A DNA stretch of 64,000 nucleotides, taken from assembly GCF_006345805.1 (NCBI RefSeq), contig NC_042998.1:164486001-164550000 (forward strand). The letters run 5' to 3'. The notes beneath the pieces were generated by a model. It saw only the letters and a list, made by a program, of their open reading frames with translations, had not been told where the DNA came from and ran no database searches. The DNA comes from Octopus sinensis (taxonomy: Eukaryota). The position numbers and the translations under genes were made by a program. Positions 52,549-64,000 of the stretch are shown in pieces. The first letter of the stretch is position 1. Every line of letters begins with the position of its first letter.

Positions 52549-52553
52549 TATAC

Positions 52554-52612
<59 letters not shown>

Positions 52613-53429
52613 CGTGTGTGTTTTTGTTTGTGTTTGTCGCCGCACCATAACTTGACAACTGGTGTTGGTGTGTTTACATCCCCGTAACTTAGCGTTTCGA
52701 CAAAAGTGACCGATAGAATAAATACTAACCCTTAAAGGCGGTGCTCCAGCATGACCGCAGTCAAATGACTGAAACAAATAGAATAAAAAATAAAAGAATA
52801 ACCATATATATATATCTGTAAAATGATATGTGACAATTATTCAATAGCCAAGATAAAACTCTGAGTTTCGGCATCCGAAACACAGAGTTTTATCTTGGCT
52901 ATTGAATAATTGTCACATATTATTTTACAGATAAATTTCCTCTATTTACATAATATTGAGGTCTCTTTCTTTCTTTTGTTATCTTACTGTTATACATATA
53001 TATGTGTGTGTGTGTTGTGTGTGTGTGTGTTGTGTGTGTGTGTGTGTGTGCGTGCGTGTGTGTTTTTGTTTGTGTTTGTCGCCGCACCATAACTTGACAA
53101 CTGGTGTTGGTGTGTTTACATCCCCGTAACTTAGCGTTTCGACAAAAGTGACCGATAGAATAAATACTAACCCTTAAAGGCGGTGCTCCAGCATGACCGC
53201 AGTCAAATGACTGAAACAAATAGAATAAAAAATAAAAGAATAACCATATATATATATCTGTAAAATGATATGTGACAATTATTCAATAGCCAAGATAAAA
53301 CTCTGAGTTTCGGCATCCGAAACACAGAGTTTTATCTTGGCTATTGAATAATTGTCACATATTATTTTACAGATAAATTTCCTCTATTTACATAATATTG
53401 AGGTCTCTTTCTTTCTTTTGTTATCTTAC
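52549..53429 (+). repeat. 442-bp near-perfect tandem duplication (SINE A tail + palindromic MITE)
   Basis: 52549-52987 and 52991-53429 are identical apart from the (TG)n tract and a 1-bp T insertion. Confidence 0.95.
52815..52931. mobile_element. 117-bp fully palindromic MITE flanked by TA (second copy 53257-53373)
   Basis: TA|TCTGTAAAATGATATGTGACAATTATTCAATAGCCAAGATAAAACTCTG...CAGAGTTTTATCTTGGCTATTGAATAATTGTCACATATTATTTTACAGA|TA. Confidence 0.85.
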
Positions 53430-53456
53430 CGTTTTTACCAATATATATTTATATAT

Positions 53457-53868
53457 AGGCGCAGGAGTGGCTGTGTGGCAAGTAGCTTGCTAAACAACCA
53501 CATCGTTCCGGGTTCAGTCCCACTGCGTGGCATCTTGGGCAAGTGTCTTCTGCTATAGCCCCGGGCCGACCAATGCCTTGTGAGTGGATTTGGTAAACGG
53601 AAACTGAAAGAAGCCTGTCGTATATATGTATATATGTATATATGTATGTGTGTGTGTGTTTGTGTGTCTGTGTTTGTCTCCCTAGCATTGCTTGACAACC
53701 CATGATGGTGTGTTTGCGCCCCCGTCACTTAGCGGTTCGGCAAAAAGAGACCGATAGAATAAGTACTGGGCCTACAAAGAATAAGTCCCGGGGTCGATTT
53801 GCTCGATTAAAGGCGGTGCTCCAGCATGACCGCAGTCAAATGACTGAAACAAGTAAAAGAGAGTAAAG
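53457..53868 (+). mobile_element. SINE family A, full length
   Basis: Consensus match from head to tail. Confidence 0.92.
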
Positions 53869-53881
53869 ATATATATATATA

Positions 53882-54284
53882 CTCTTTTACTCTTTTTATT
53901 GCTTCAGTCATTTGACTGCGGTCATGTTGGAGCACTGCCTTTAGTCGAGCAAATCGACCCCAGGACTTATTCTTTGTAAGCCTAGTACATGTTCTATCGG
54001 TCCCTTTTGCCGAACCGCTAAGTTACGGGGGACGTAAACACACCAGCATCGGTTGTCAAGCGATGCTGGGGGACAAACACAGACACACAACAAACACACA
54101 TATATACATATACATATATACAACGGGCTTCTTTCAGTTTCCATCTACCAAATCCAGTCACAAGGCTTTGGTCGGTCCAAGGCTATAGTAGAAGGCACTT
54201 GCCCAAGGTGCCACGCAGTGGGACTGGACCCGGAACTATGTGGTTGGTAAGCAAACTACTTACCACACAGTCACTCCTGCGTCT
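53882..54284 (-). mobile_element. SINE family A, full length, tail-to-tail with the previous copy
   Basis: Reverse-complement consensus match. Confidence 0.92.
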
Positions 54285-54589
54285 AAAAAAAGTACTGGGG
54301 CTCGATTCGTTCGACTAAAAACTCTTCAAGGTGGTGCCCCAGCATGGCCTCATACTCATGACTTAAAGAAATAAAAGATAACAGATAAATATCAGAAATC
54401 ATGGAAGCAAAGACGGAAAAAAAAAGATTTTCTTTTCAGGAAGAGAAAGGACGCTTGACAGAATCGTCGTCACTTCCAAATTTGACTCAAATATTATTGA
54501 ATGGTTTCAGCTGAAGACTCGCTGTCGTCGCCTTGTCATTGGTTCTCAGCATTTTGTTGTTCTTGTTATTATTGATGATGATGTTTGTT

Positions 54590-55082
54590 CTTGCGATTAG
54601 TAAATTTTTTCTGTTGTTGTTGTTCTCGTCCTTTTCTTCTTGTCCTTCATCTTCTTTTCTTTTCGTCTTTCTCACCCTCTCTTCCTCCTCTTCTACTTCT
54701 TCCTTCTCTTCTCTCTCTTATTCTTCTTTTTCGTCACTCTCTTTCCCCTCTTCTATTTCCTCCCCCTCTTCTTCGTCTTCCTTTTCTCCTCCTTCTCCTC
54801 CGCCATCTCTTTTTCCTTTCTTTACCTCCTTCGCTTCCTCTCTTCCCTCTCATCCTCTCCTCTTCTTCTCCAATTCTCATTTTATTTTAGTTTCGTAACT
54901 GTTATTGTCCTTCTCCTGCTCCTCCTTTTTTCTCCTCTTCGTTCTCCTTCCCTCTTCCTCTTTGTCTCTCCCCTTGCTCTTCTTCTTCTCCCTTCCTCCT
55001 CTGCCTCCTCCTTCCTCCTGTTCCTTCTTCTTCTTCTTCTTCTTCTTCTTCTTCTTCTTTTTTTTCTTCTTCTTCTTCTACC
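54590..55082. repeat. polypyrimidine (CTT/CCT) low-complexity tract
   Basis: Read directly. Confidence 0.9.
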
Positions 55083-55299
55083 CAATTTCAAGCTTGTATT
55101 TTAGAATTTTCATTCCCTTTGCACGCCATCGCAGTCGTCAAATATGGTTGTCCATTTTAAAGTGTGTTATTCAATATTTTCGAGCTGATAACTGTTTATT
55201 TATTATAAAATCTGTTGTTTAAAACTTGTGTCAGGGTATTCAATGCACGAAAATATAAAAGCGACGTAGTGCAACAATTTCGGAAAGTAATTGGTCAAG

Positions 55300-55570
55300 C
55301 GCAAGGGATTGTCTCCCTTAGACCACTATCTGGAATCCATCCAGTCAGTTTGCAGGTCCCAGGATTTCAGTAGGAATCGCCTGAAGTTAAACAAGGTCCG
55401 AAGACTTGCGTCCGGGAATTTCAAATGTTCCCGGATCGCGAAAGTTCTTTAATATCCGCACCCGTTCCGCTATGCACAGCTCATAACGTTTGATCCCGTT
55501 GATGTAGGGACTTGATTTTGCTAGAATTTTCCATGTGATACATGTGAATGCCCATCGTCCTTCAGGGTCA
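55300..55570 (-). mobile_element. decayed APE-LINE ORF2 C-terminal remnant
   Basis: Minus-strand peptides ITWKILAK..P..NGIKRY, GP.LFN (frameshifted) and IPD follow the WKIL...PN.GI...GP.LFN...IPD.P order. Confidence 0.45.
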
Positions 55571-55749
55571 AACGTGGCTGGCCAAGGACGTGGCATAACG
55601 TCTTTCCAGGATCCTAAACGAATATTTTTGGTTGCACCTCTCCAACCAAAAACCCTTGTTTAGGATCACGGAAAGACATACATCAACAATTATTGTTTAG
55701 GATCCTGGAACAACAGCATACACGTGTATGCTGTAGTCTGCAATTTTGT

Positions 55750-55995
55750 CGTGGACAGGAACAAAGAGCCAACAAAAATTTTACGCCAAACGTGGTAAGT
55801 CTGCTACAGACATTGAGCAAGCTTCGGCAAGCTTACGGCAACAAGGCAAAGGGTCGTATGCAATGATTCAAGTACCACAGCCGCTTCAAAAGTTAAAGAA
55901 CGTCCCTAGAAGACGATGAGCGAATTGGAAGACTTGCCACAAGCGTCACACCCAGAAGTGTGGCATTGTGCATCGCAAATTCGTCCCTCAGGGCT
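55750..55995 (+). mobile_element. internally deleted mariner transposase fragment
   Basis: EQRAN.KF..KRGKSAT...KLRQAYG...SLEDDERIGR, jumping to GIVHRKFVPQG. Confidence 0.75.
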
Positions 55996-56215
55996 TAACT
56001 CATATATATATGAATGCATGTATATATGTATTTATATGGGAGAGTATCTCTCCATTCAAACGTTGCTTTTGTGACCTGGACATCAATATTTTGAAACCGA
56101 CCTATTTTCCATTACATTTCAGATAGATTCAGCGCCGTGTTGCTGGAGCAGAAATATCGTTACAGCAAATATTCTGCTCAATACCACAGATCTGCTTGCT
56201 AATTGCTTGACCTTA

Positions 56216-56423
56216 AAAAGGCGGCGAACTGGTAGAAACGTTAGCACGCCGGGTGAAATGCTTAGCGGTATTTCGTCTACCATTACGTTCTGAGTTCAAA
56301 TTTCACCGAGATCGACTTTGCCTGTCATCCTTTCGGGGTCGATAAATTAAGTACCAGTTGAGTTGATCTAATCGACTGGCCCCCTTCCCCAAAATTTCGA
56401 GTCTTGTGCCTAGAGTAGAAAAG
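56216..56423 (+). mobile_element. SINE family B monomer (tail 2) with a 15-bp TSD, inserted into an element X fragment
   Basis: AATTGCTTGACCTTA at 56201-56215 and 56424-56438. Confidence 0.92.
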
Positions 56424-56793
56424 AATTGCTTGACCTTAGCATGTCTGTGTGGCAAGTAGATTGCTTCCCACCCACATGGTTCCGGGTTCAGTCCCACTGC
56501 GTGCCACATTGGATAAGCGTCTTCTACAGTAGCCTCGGGAAGACCAAGGCCTTGTGAGTGGATTTGGTAGACAGAAACTGAAAAAAGCCCGTTTTATGAG
56601 CGCGAGGATATCTTTGTACCTGTGTTCGCCCCACCACCGATGTTGGTATATTTACGTCCCCGTAACTTAGTGTTTCGGCGAAAGTATTGGGGTCGATGCA
56701 TCCGACTAAAAGAAAATCCTTTAAAGCGCTGCCCCAGCATGGCCGCAGTCTAATGAGTGAAACAGATAAAAGATAAAGACATAAAAATATATA

Positions 56794-56798
56794 TCACA

Positions 56799-56886
<88 letters not shown>

Positions 56887-57240
56887 GGCAGTTTGTCCGT
56901 GTGTGTTTCTGTGTGTCTGTTAGGTTGTACCCTCACCCTGACCACGGCTTTCAACCGATTCTGATGAAACTTGACACACACATAGCCCAATGTCATAATT
57001 CAAAACTAACGCAGCGAAAATTTTGAAAAGTTCCCCCAGTTCTGAAAAAAATCGATAAATTCGACATGGGGTCGAGAATCAGAAACACAAACCACAGACT
57101 GTCTAGGGGACGCAACTCGACCTTTTTAACTAAAAAAAAATTTACCATTATTTTTTTCCCATTTTTGGGCTATAACTCTCTAAAAATGCTTTATAGTTAT
57201 TACCCTTACAAACCCGAGCAACGCCGGGCGATACTGCTAG
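56794..57240 (+). mobile_element. non-autonomous Helitron (5' end tentative)
   Basis: 3' end CCCGAGCAACGCCGGG hairpin + CGATACTG + CTAG|T. Possible A|TCACAA start at 56794 followed by (TA)n. Confidence 0.8.
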
Positions 57241-57272
<32 letters not shown>

Positions 57273-57859
57273 TACGACGGGCTTCTTTCAATTTCCGTCT
57301 ACCAACTCCACTCACAAGTTTTTGGTCTGCCCGAGGCTATAATAGAAGACACGTGCCCAAGGTGTCAATCAGTGAGACTGAGACCGTAACCATATGGTTG
57401 GCAAGCAATTCTCTTAGTACACAACCATAATATAATATAATAAATGCGAAATTTTTTGTCTGGGACCCCTGCAGCTCAGTCTATATTTGTTCTACACAGA
57501 CATAGTATATATTCTGGAAATCAAAATGATCCTAGGAAGGGAAATCTGCCTTCATTTGCTTCTTGAACATCAGGCATTGGAACCTGATTTAAAAGCATTT
57601 CAATTGCTATTTCTGCAGGTAAAGCTCGGTTGATTCATATCATCTTGGTTGGAGTTTGTCAGATGATGTCAGAGACCAAGGGGGAGGTAAATGATATTTG
57701 CTTCGTTAATTTTACGTCAAGATAAGAACTTTAGGATACATTGGAATTCAAATTGGGATTGGAACAATCGAATGATTACACTACAGAATTAATTGTCATC
57801 CATCCTTATCTTCTGATCAAATACCACCGGGGTATATAGTCAGTATAGACGTATTGTAG

Positions 57860-58257
57860 AAAGTGGAGAGCTGGCAGAATCGTTAGCACGCCGGGCGAAA
57901 TGCTCAGCGGTATTTCGTCTGCCGTTACGTTCTGAGTTCAAATTCTGCCGAGGTCGACTTTGCCTTTCATCTTTTCGGGGTCGATTAAATAAGTACCAGT
58001 TACGCACTGGGGTCGATATTATCGACTTATCCGTTTGTCTGTGCTTGTTTGTCCTCTCTGTGTTTAGCCCCTTGTGGGTAGTAAAGAAATAGGTATTTTG
58101 TCTGCCGTTACGTTCTGAATTCAAATTCTGCCGACGTCGAGTTTGCCTTTCATACTTTCGGGTCGATAAATTAAATACCAGTTAGGCACTGGGGTCGATG
58201 TAATTGACTGGCATCCTCCCCAAAAATTTCAGGCCTTGTGCCTAGAGTAGAAAAGAT
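57860..58257 (+). mobile_element. SINE family B dimer (tail1-tail2) with a 16-bp TSD
   Basis: TATAGACGTATTGTAG (57844-57859) and TATAGACGTATTATAG (58258-58273). Confidence 0.92.
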
Positions 58258-58433
58258 TATAGACGTATTATAGTCATGCTATTTAGCATCCTGCGGCCCA
58301 ATTAACCCACCCACCCTCACACACATACACACACTCGCGTTTTTAACGCCATAAGAATTTGTAAATTTCAAGAGAACATGAAATAATTATTTTCTGGAAC
58401 GTTAGATCCTAAATTAGATGAGCTATAAATAAT

Positions 58434-58619
58434 CCTTTCTACTGGAAACACAAGGCTTCAAATTTGGGGAAGTGATTAAGTTGATTACATCGACCCCATT
58501 GCGTAACTGGTACTTATTTTATCGACCCCGAAACGATGAAAGGTAATGTCGACCTCGGCGGAATTTGAACCCAGAACGTATCAACAGACGAAATGCCGCT
58601 AAGCATTTCGCACGGCGTG
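58434..58619 (-). mobile_element. 5'-truncated SINE family B with an 18-bp TSD
   Basis: AGATGAGCTATAAATAAT at 58416-58433 and 58620-58637. Confidence 0.92.
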
Positions 58620-58848
58620 AGATGAGCTATAAATAATAGCATGTAAATATAGGGTTAACACTCTCTGGATATATGTATATACATATATGTATGCATATAT
58701 GTATGTAAGTATACACATGCACGCGTACATACATATTAATGCATAGATAAATATATGGTTACAGAAGAGATAAAAATGTAGATGGCTTTATTCTTTTTTA
58801 ATACGAGCAGACACCGCTAACATGTTTTAGATAGATAAGATAAATAGA

Positions 58849-58902
<54 letters not shown>

Positions 58903-59237
58903 TGCAGGCAGGCAGGCAGGCAGGCAGACAGATAGATAGATACTGAAACTTTTTTAATCCATATTTTTTATTATATTTAGTTTCTTTTTATTACTTTTGA
59001 TCGAGAAGCATCAGAGATTACATACCTACTGACACGAACAGATGATGGTCTTTCTGCCATGAATTCCAACATCTGTTTGCAGAAGCATATTGGATAAGAA
59101 AATGGTAAAATAAACGGTTCAGATGACAGGAATCAAAGCATAGTTTTACTGTTTGCACCATAGGGATCATATTTACTTCTGTGGTGAACTTTATGGCAAG
59201 GAAAGTAAATATTATGTTGATCCTTATAACTAATAGC

Positions 59238-59313
<76 letters not shown>

Positions 59314-59486
59314 GTCTGTCTGTCCGTCTATCTATTTATCTTTCTATCTATCGATTCATCTATCTGTCTACTTATTTATTTAGCAATCTATCTATCTAAA
59401 TATCTCGCCACCTATTTTTCGTTCCATCTATCCATTAATGTATCTATTTATCCATCCATCTCAACAATTTAAACTTCTCATTCACT

Positions 59487-59531
<45 letters not shown>

Positions 59532-59849
59532 CTATCTATCCATCTATCTCTATTTCTGTCTCCCCTCCTCTCTCTCTCCCTCTGTCTGTCCCTCTTTTTC
59601 TTTTTATGTTACTTTCTATTCTCTTTCCGCCTCTCTACACATACATTCCCATGTATGCGCATCTGTGTGAGTGAGTGTATATGTATGCTTGTGCGCGTGT
59701 GTATGTATTTGTGTGTGTATGTGTGTATGTGTGTGTGAGTTATGACTTACAAAGGGAGAGAAAATTCACAATACATGTAACAAGAGTTTAGTTATTCGGA
59801 TACGATGCTTCATTCAATCATTACTCGATCAGAACTACTAAAAGTCATA

Positions 59850-60105
59850 TCACGTGACCAGGTGACCAACCAGGGTATCAGATGTTGTTACCCATCGCTG
59901 GTCACAATGCGCTTTTGCATTGTTTTAGCCTTCAAGTGACGCCACTTCGGTAGCTTGGCGAGCAGGTCAACATTCCCCCATGATGAAAAGGGGGATGAAA
60001 TGAAGTGTTTTGCAAAAGAACATAACGTACCACCCAGTCAGAAAATCGAACCCATGATCTAGCGATCACGAGTACAACAGCCTAACGACTCGGCCACGCG
60101 CCTCA
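59850..60105 (-). mobile_element. SINE with a family C head and the 29432-type tail
   Basis: Reverse-complement head TGAGGCGCGTGGCCGAGTCGTTAGG...GGGTTCGATT...GCAAAACACTTCATTTCA; tail CAGATGTTGTTACCCATCGCTGGTCACAATG. Confidence 0.8.
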
Positions 60106-60752
60106 TAAAAATCATATATACTTCATATAGAGTCACGTATGACCGATATTCATGAATAATCATCTGGCCAGTGGAACATACAAGCCAACTCGCAATTGCC
60201 CAGCGATGACAGGTAGTTCCACAAAAAGCTTAGATAAGTCGGCAAAAGTATGTATACTAAAGCTTCCTCCAGCAGTGGTTCGAAAACGGATAAGTAAAAA
60301 AACCTATATGGAATGAATTAATGAATATATGAACCCGAAACACTGATGAAAATAGCATAGAGAAAGGATTAAGAAAAATACTTCCTGGATAATATCAAAA
60401 TTGATCTGCAAAAAATGGCAAAAGATACGTAAATATCCTTCTATTCTAAGAGAAGAGCAATGAAAAGTTTTTGTTCATTTATCCGCCTTCTTGCACAGAA
60501 TTTTTATGATTATACAATGAGGTAAACGCATCTTGAAGTATGCGTTTTACTGACAGGTTCTGTCAAATTAACAAAGTGATTATTTTACGGTTTAGTTTGT
60601 AAGTGACCAGGATTTTGCAAGCCCTCCGATAAAAGTGGAATCAATACGGCTTGTGCTTGGTTGGAAACCCAGAGAACTGAGTTTTTTGAAACGAGGGAAT
60701 GGGTGAAAGGAAGCCAAATAAAAGGAATTAATATGCACAGAAATCTTTCTTC

Positions 60753-60854
<102 letters not shown>

Positions 60855-62023
60855 TGTATGTATGTATGTATGTATATATATTTCGTCTCTTATATGTAAG
60901 TATATATTTATTTAAATCTTGCACGACTCTATTCTTTTATTCTTTCCTTCTCTCTATCAGCCCTTTCACGCTTACTTCGTTCATTCCACTCTTCGTTCTT
61001 TCGTTCCCCTTCCCTCACATTTCATTGCCTTCTCTTCATGCTCATTTTCTCACCTCTTTTCACTTCACTGTGTCCCTGCCATTTTTTCTCGCCCCTTCTT
61101 ATTTCTTCTGTCCCTCTGCCTCTACCTCTCTCACTTCTCTCCCTACGTGACCAGTGTTCGGCCAAGCCTGGCCTTTCTTTCTTGGTTCGGCCGCTGTCCG
61201 TGCAACATCTATATTCTTCCCTGTGCCTGTGAAATCTTGTATCCCTGCCGTAAGACTTTACTTCCACAAACGCCAGCTTAATTTAATTCGTCCTTAGTCG
61301 AAAGACACCTGTTGTTGTGTCCTGTTATTTGTATTTGTGTAATCCTCTCCGTTTTTTCTTTCCGTCCTAGTTTTCGTATACATCCACTGCTTTCTTCCAA
61401 GGAATCTAATGCACTTAGCTTAGTTTTTCCTTAGGGCTGGCCAGACTGGAGCAATTTCGAGTATAACCAGCCGAAATTGCAAAGATAATCTGGAACTCGA
61501 CTGAGGTAAGAAAACCCCGAATGATCTGTCCTTGTTTTCTTTGTATCATCTTTCTGGATGTTTTGTTATCCCTTTCTTCTATCACCTGTCTGGATGTTTT
61601 GGGTTCTTGTCCCATTTTGTATTTATGTGTATGTATATATATATACTTACGTGTATGCGTACGTATGTATGTATGTGTTAGGATTTACAAAGGAGATGAA
61701 ACTTCACAATGCATGTAAATAGAGTTTATTAATTCGGCTATCAGGCTATACATATATGAAATTATTATATTTGAAATACATTTTGAATTAAAAATTAGCT
61801 AAATATATATTTAAGAATGGATTAGCACTGCCGTGATAGAAATATACATTTCTTTGCAACCGCTTTCAAACATAGACGTAGTATAAAATAATAATTTCTC
61901 TGTTGTGATCCGTACAACAGCAATTGTAATCGGTAACGTTTGTCACTATTTCTAGTTTAGTTTCGGATTCAAAAGCGACTCGACTATCTTTCATCGTTTG
62001 CCATACTTATTTTTTATGGTTAA

Positions 62024-62428
62024 TCTATATATATAAAAGTGAGGTTGTGTGGTGTCTGTCTCCTACGATTTAGATTCCTACCTACTCCCACATTTTGCGG
62101 TGCAGTGTAACCAAAAGCGGGTATCTTATAGTCGTGATTCATATCGAGCCCTTCTGGGGAATTGGCGCGCGTCTACGATGAGTCTACGATTTTTAAAAAA
62201 ATTACCATCATTTTTTCCCATTTTTAATGCATTTTTGTTTTGCTATTATATAAGGGAAGTAACTCTCTAAAAATGTATTATTAAATCTCAGAACGTAAAA
62301 AGCTACAGTAACACCCCCCCCCCTTTGTGGTTAGCCATATTGAGATGGCTATTATACTTTACATCTCTAAAAATGCTTATATAGTTATTTCCCTTACAAA
62401 CCCGAGCAACGCCGGGCGATACTGCTAG
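62024..62428 (+). mobile_element. complete 405-bp non-autonomous Helitron
   Basis: A|TCTATATATATAAAA 5' end, CCCGAGCAACGCCGGG hairpin, CTAG|T 3' end, no TSD. Confidence 0.92.
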
Positions 62429-63187
62429 TACATATATAAACTGCAAAACAAAATATTTTTTATACTGTATAACGTGTCCAAAATGAAACGAGCACATTGC
62501 ATTGATACAGTTTTCATTGATGTGGAAACTGTATCAACCAAAATTTCGGGATACGTAAATTGTAAATGAGGCTTCAATATCTCAAGGATATTCTATGAGG
62601 TAAATGTTTGGGTAACCGTACGAATGGGAAATACAAAATATCATCTTTTATTTTTCAAAATAAAGACAGCATATGAGCAATTACGAAATCTAGAATGAAA
62701 TCGGCAGTCGCGCTCTGTTCCGCTGCCGACGCATAAAGATTTCCATTCTAGAATTAAATTGCAAATTATAACATCTGATACAAAGCATATTTACTACGAT
62801 ATAGATACTGACATTGGAGTGTGCGTAAAGAAACTGAGAGTGCTTACACGCAAAAAGTTTGCTTTTCCTCGGTCTAATGTTAATTTGCTTTGAAACTGAT
62901 TTTTAAGGATGATTTTAATTAAAGCAAAAATTCAAACGTGTCTGTATCAAGATTCTTTTCTTTAAATTACGTTAGTACAAGCATATATACATATAAGTTT
63001 GTGGGTTTGCGTATGTGTGTATATGTGGAAGAATGAGTGCACAATGCTACAGAAAGAGTTAAATTATTAAACTTGTCGGCCGAATAAATGTAACAGCTTT
63101 TTTTTTCTGCTAGCAGATGTCCTCATGTAATGCCATGTAATTCTGACTAAATATTATATAAACCACACACATCCAACTACATATGTA

Positions 63188-63270
<83 letters not shown>

Positions 63271-63589
63271 CACGATCAAGGTACGCACGTACATAGGACT
63301 AGTTAACCTAATTTAATGATTGCTATAAATAAAAGAAATACATTTTAAATTAATTTGTAAATGGAAACTACAGGTGTTGACTTACGTCCTTCTCGAATTA
63401 CAAAACTCGAAAGGTAATGAAAAACTAAAGTTAGATAAGTAAATAGAACAAAGCAAGGAGAAGCTTGTCAATATTTACTTACGTAAATTCCACTCAGTTC
63501 TTTAATTAAATGAATGCGATTTAATAACATCATTAAAAATATCAAAGATCTATAAAAAACAGTCGTGCCATAGGTAAAATAATAAACCT

Positions 63590-63817
63590 TTTTTAATTTT
63601 GGCACAGGGCCTCAAATTTGGTGGGAAGACGAATAGTAGATTACATCGACCCCAGTACTTGACTGGCACTTATTTTATCTACCCCAAAATGATGAAAAGC
63701 AAAGTCGACCTCAGCGGAATTTGAACTTAGAATGTAAAGACTGACCAAATGCGGCTCAGCATTTTGTCTGGCGTGCTAATTATTCTACTAGCTCGCCGTC
63801 TTAAACAACAACAAAAA

Positions 63818-63871
<54 letters not shown>

Positions 63872-64000
63872 TGATGATGATTTCAAATTTTTATTTGCCA
63901 CAAGGGCAGCTTGGGGGAGAGTATTAAGTCGATTACCTTGATCCCAGCGCATAACTGGTAATCATTTAATCGACCCCGAAAGAAAGGAAGGCAAAGTCAA
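63590..64000 (-). mobile_element. two SINE family B copies separated by (AAT)n; the second is cut by the window edge
   Basis: Reverse-complement consensus matches at 63590-63803 and 63880-64000. Confidence 0.85.

Noticed and set aside
12403-57618. Plus-strand exon-like segments (12403-12518, 31680-31749, about 45931-45996, 57500-57618, 7490-7640)
   Set aside because: Each has a plausible acceptor or AG/GT pair and an open frame, but no recognisable protein. Some overlap equally plausible minus-strand candidates, and they cannot be told from chance without RNA data.
62690-62756. Imperfect hairpin TCTAGAATGAAATCGGCAG...CTGCCGA...GATTTCCATTCTAGA
   Set aside because: A single short inverted repeat with no second copy or functional motif visible.

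Overview
AT-rich, repeat-saturated animal DNA. The tRNA-derived SINE families and the very dense (TA)n/(CA)n/(TAA)n/(TATC)n/(TACA)n microsatellites look like an Octopus genome; this is inferred from pattern recognition, not from a database search. No host gene, rRNA or true tRNA can be supported, and almost all ORFs in the supplied track are microsatellite or SINE translations. Recognisable content: three groups of tRNA-derived SINEs (about 40 copies or fragments), two R4/Dong-clade RLE LINEs nested in (TAA)n, a Penelope-like element (PLE), APE-LINE fragments, decayed mariner, maT (DD37D) and pogo transposases, MITEs and non-autonomous Helitrons. The most interesting signals, read by eye: (1) a complete type I hammerhead ribozyme motif with an unusually long stem II at 47929-48020 (-), plus several variant or decayed hammerheads in PLE-like inverted repeats; (2) a roughly 489-bp tandem array with Helitron-like termini that folds back into an inverted copy (4983-6816); (3) SINE dimers and trimers, each bracketed by a single TSD and sharing identical junctions; (4) head/tail-shuffled SINEs and Helitrons. 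Copies of the local duplications differ mainly by 1-bp indels, so long-read assembly artefacts must be excluded for those.
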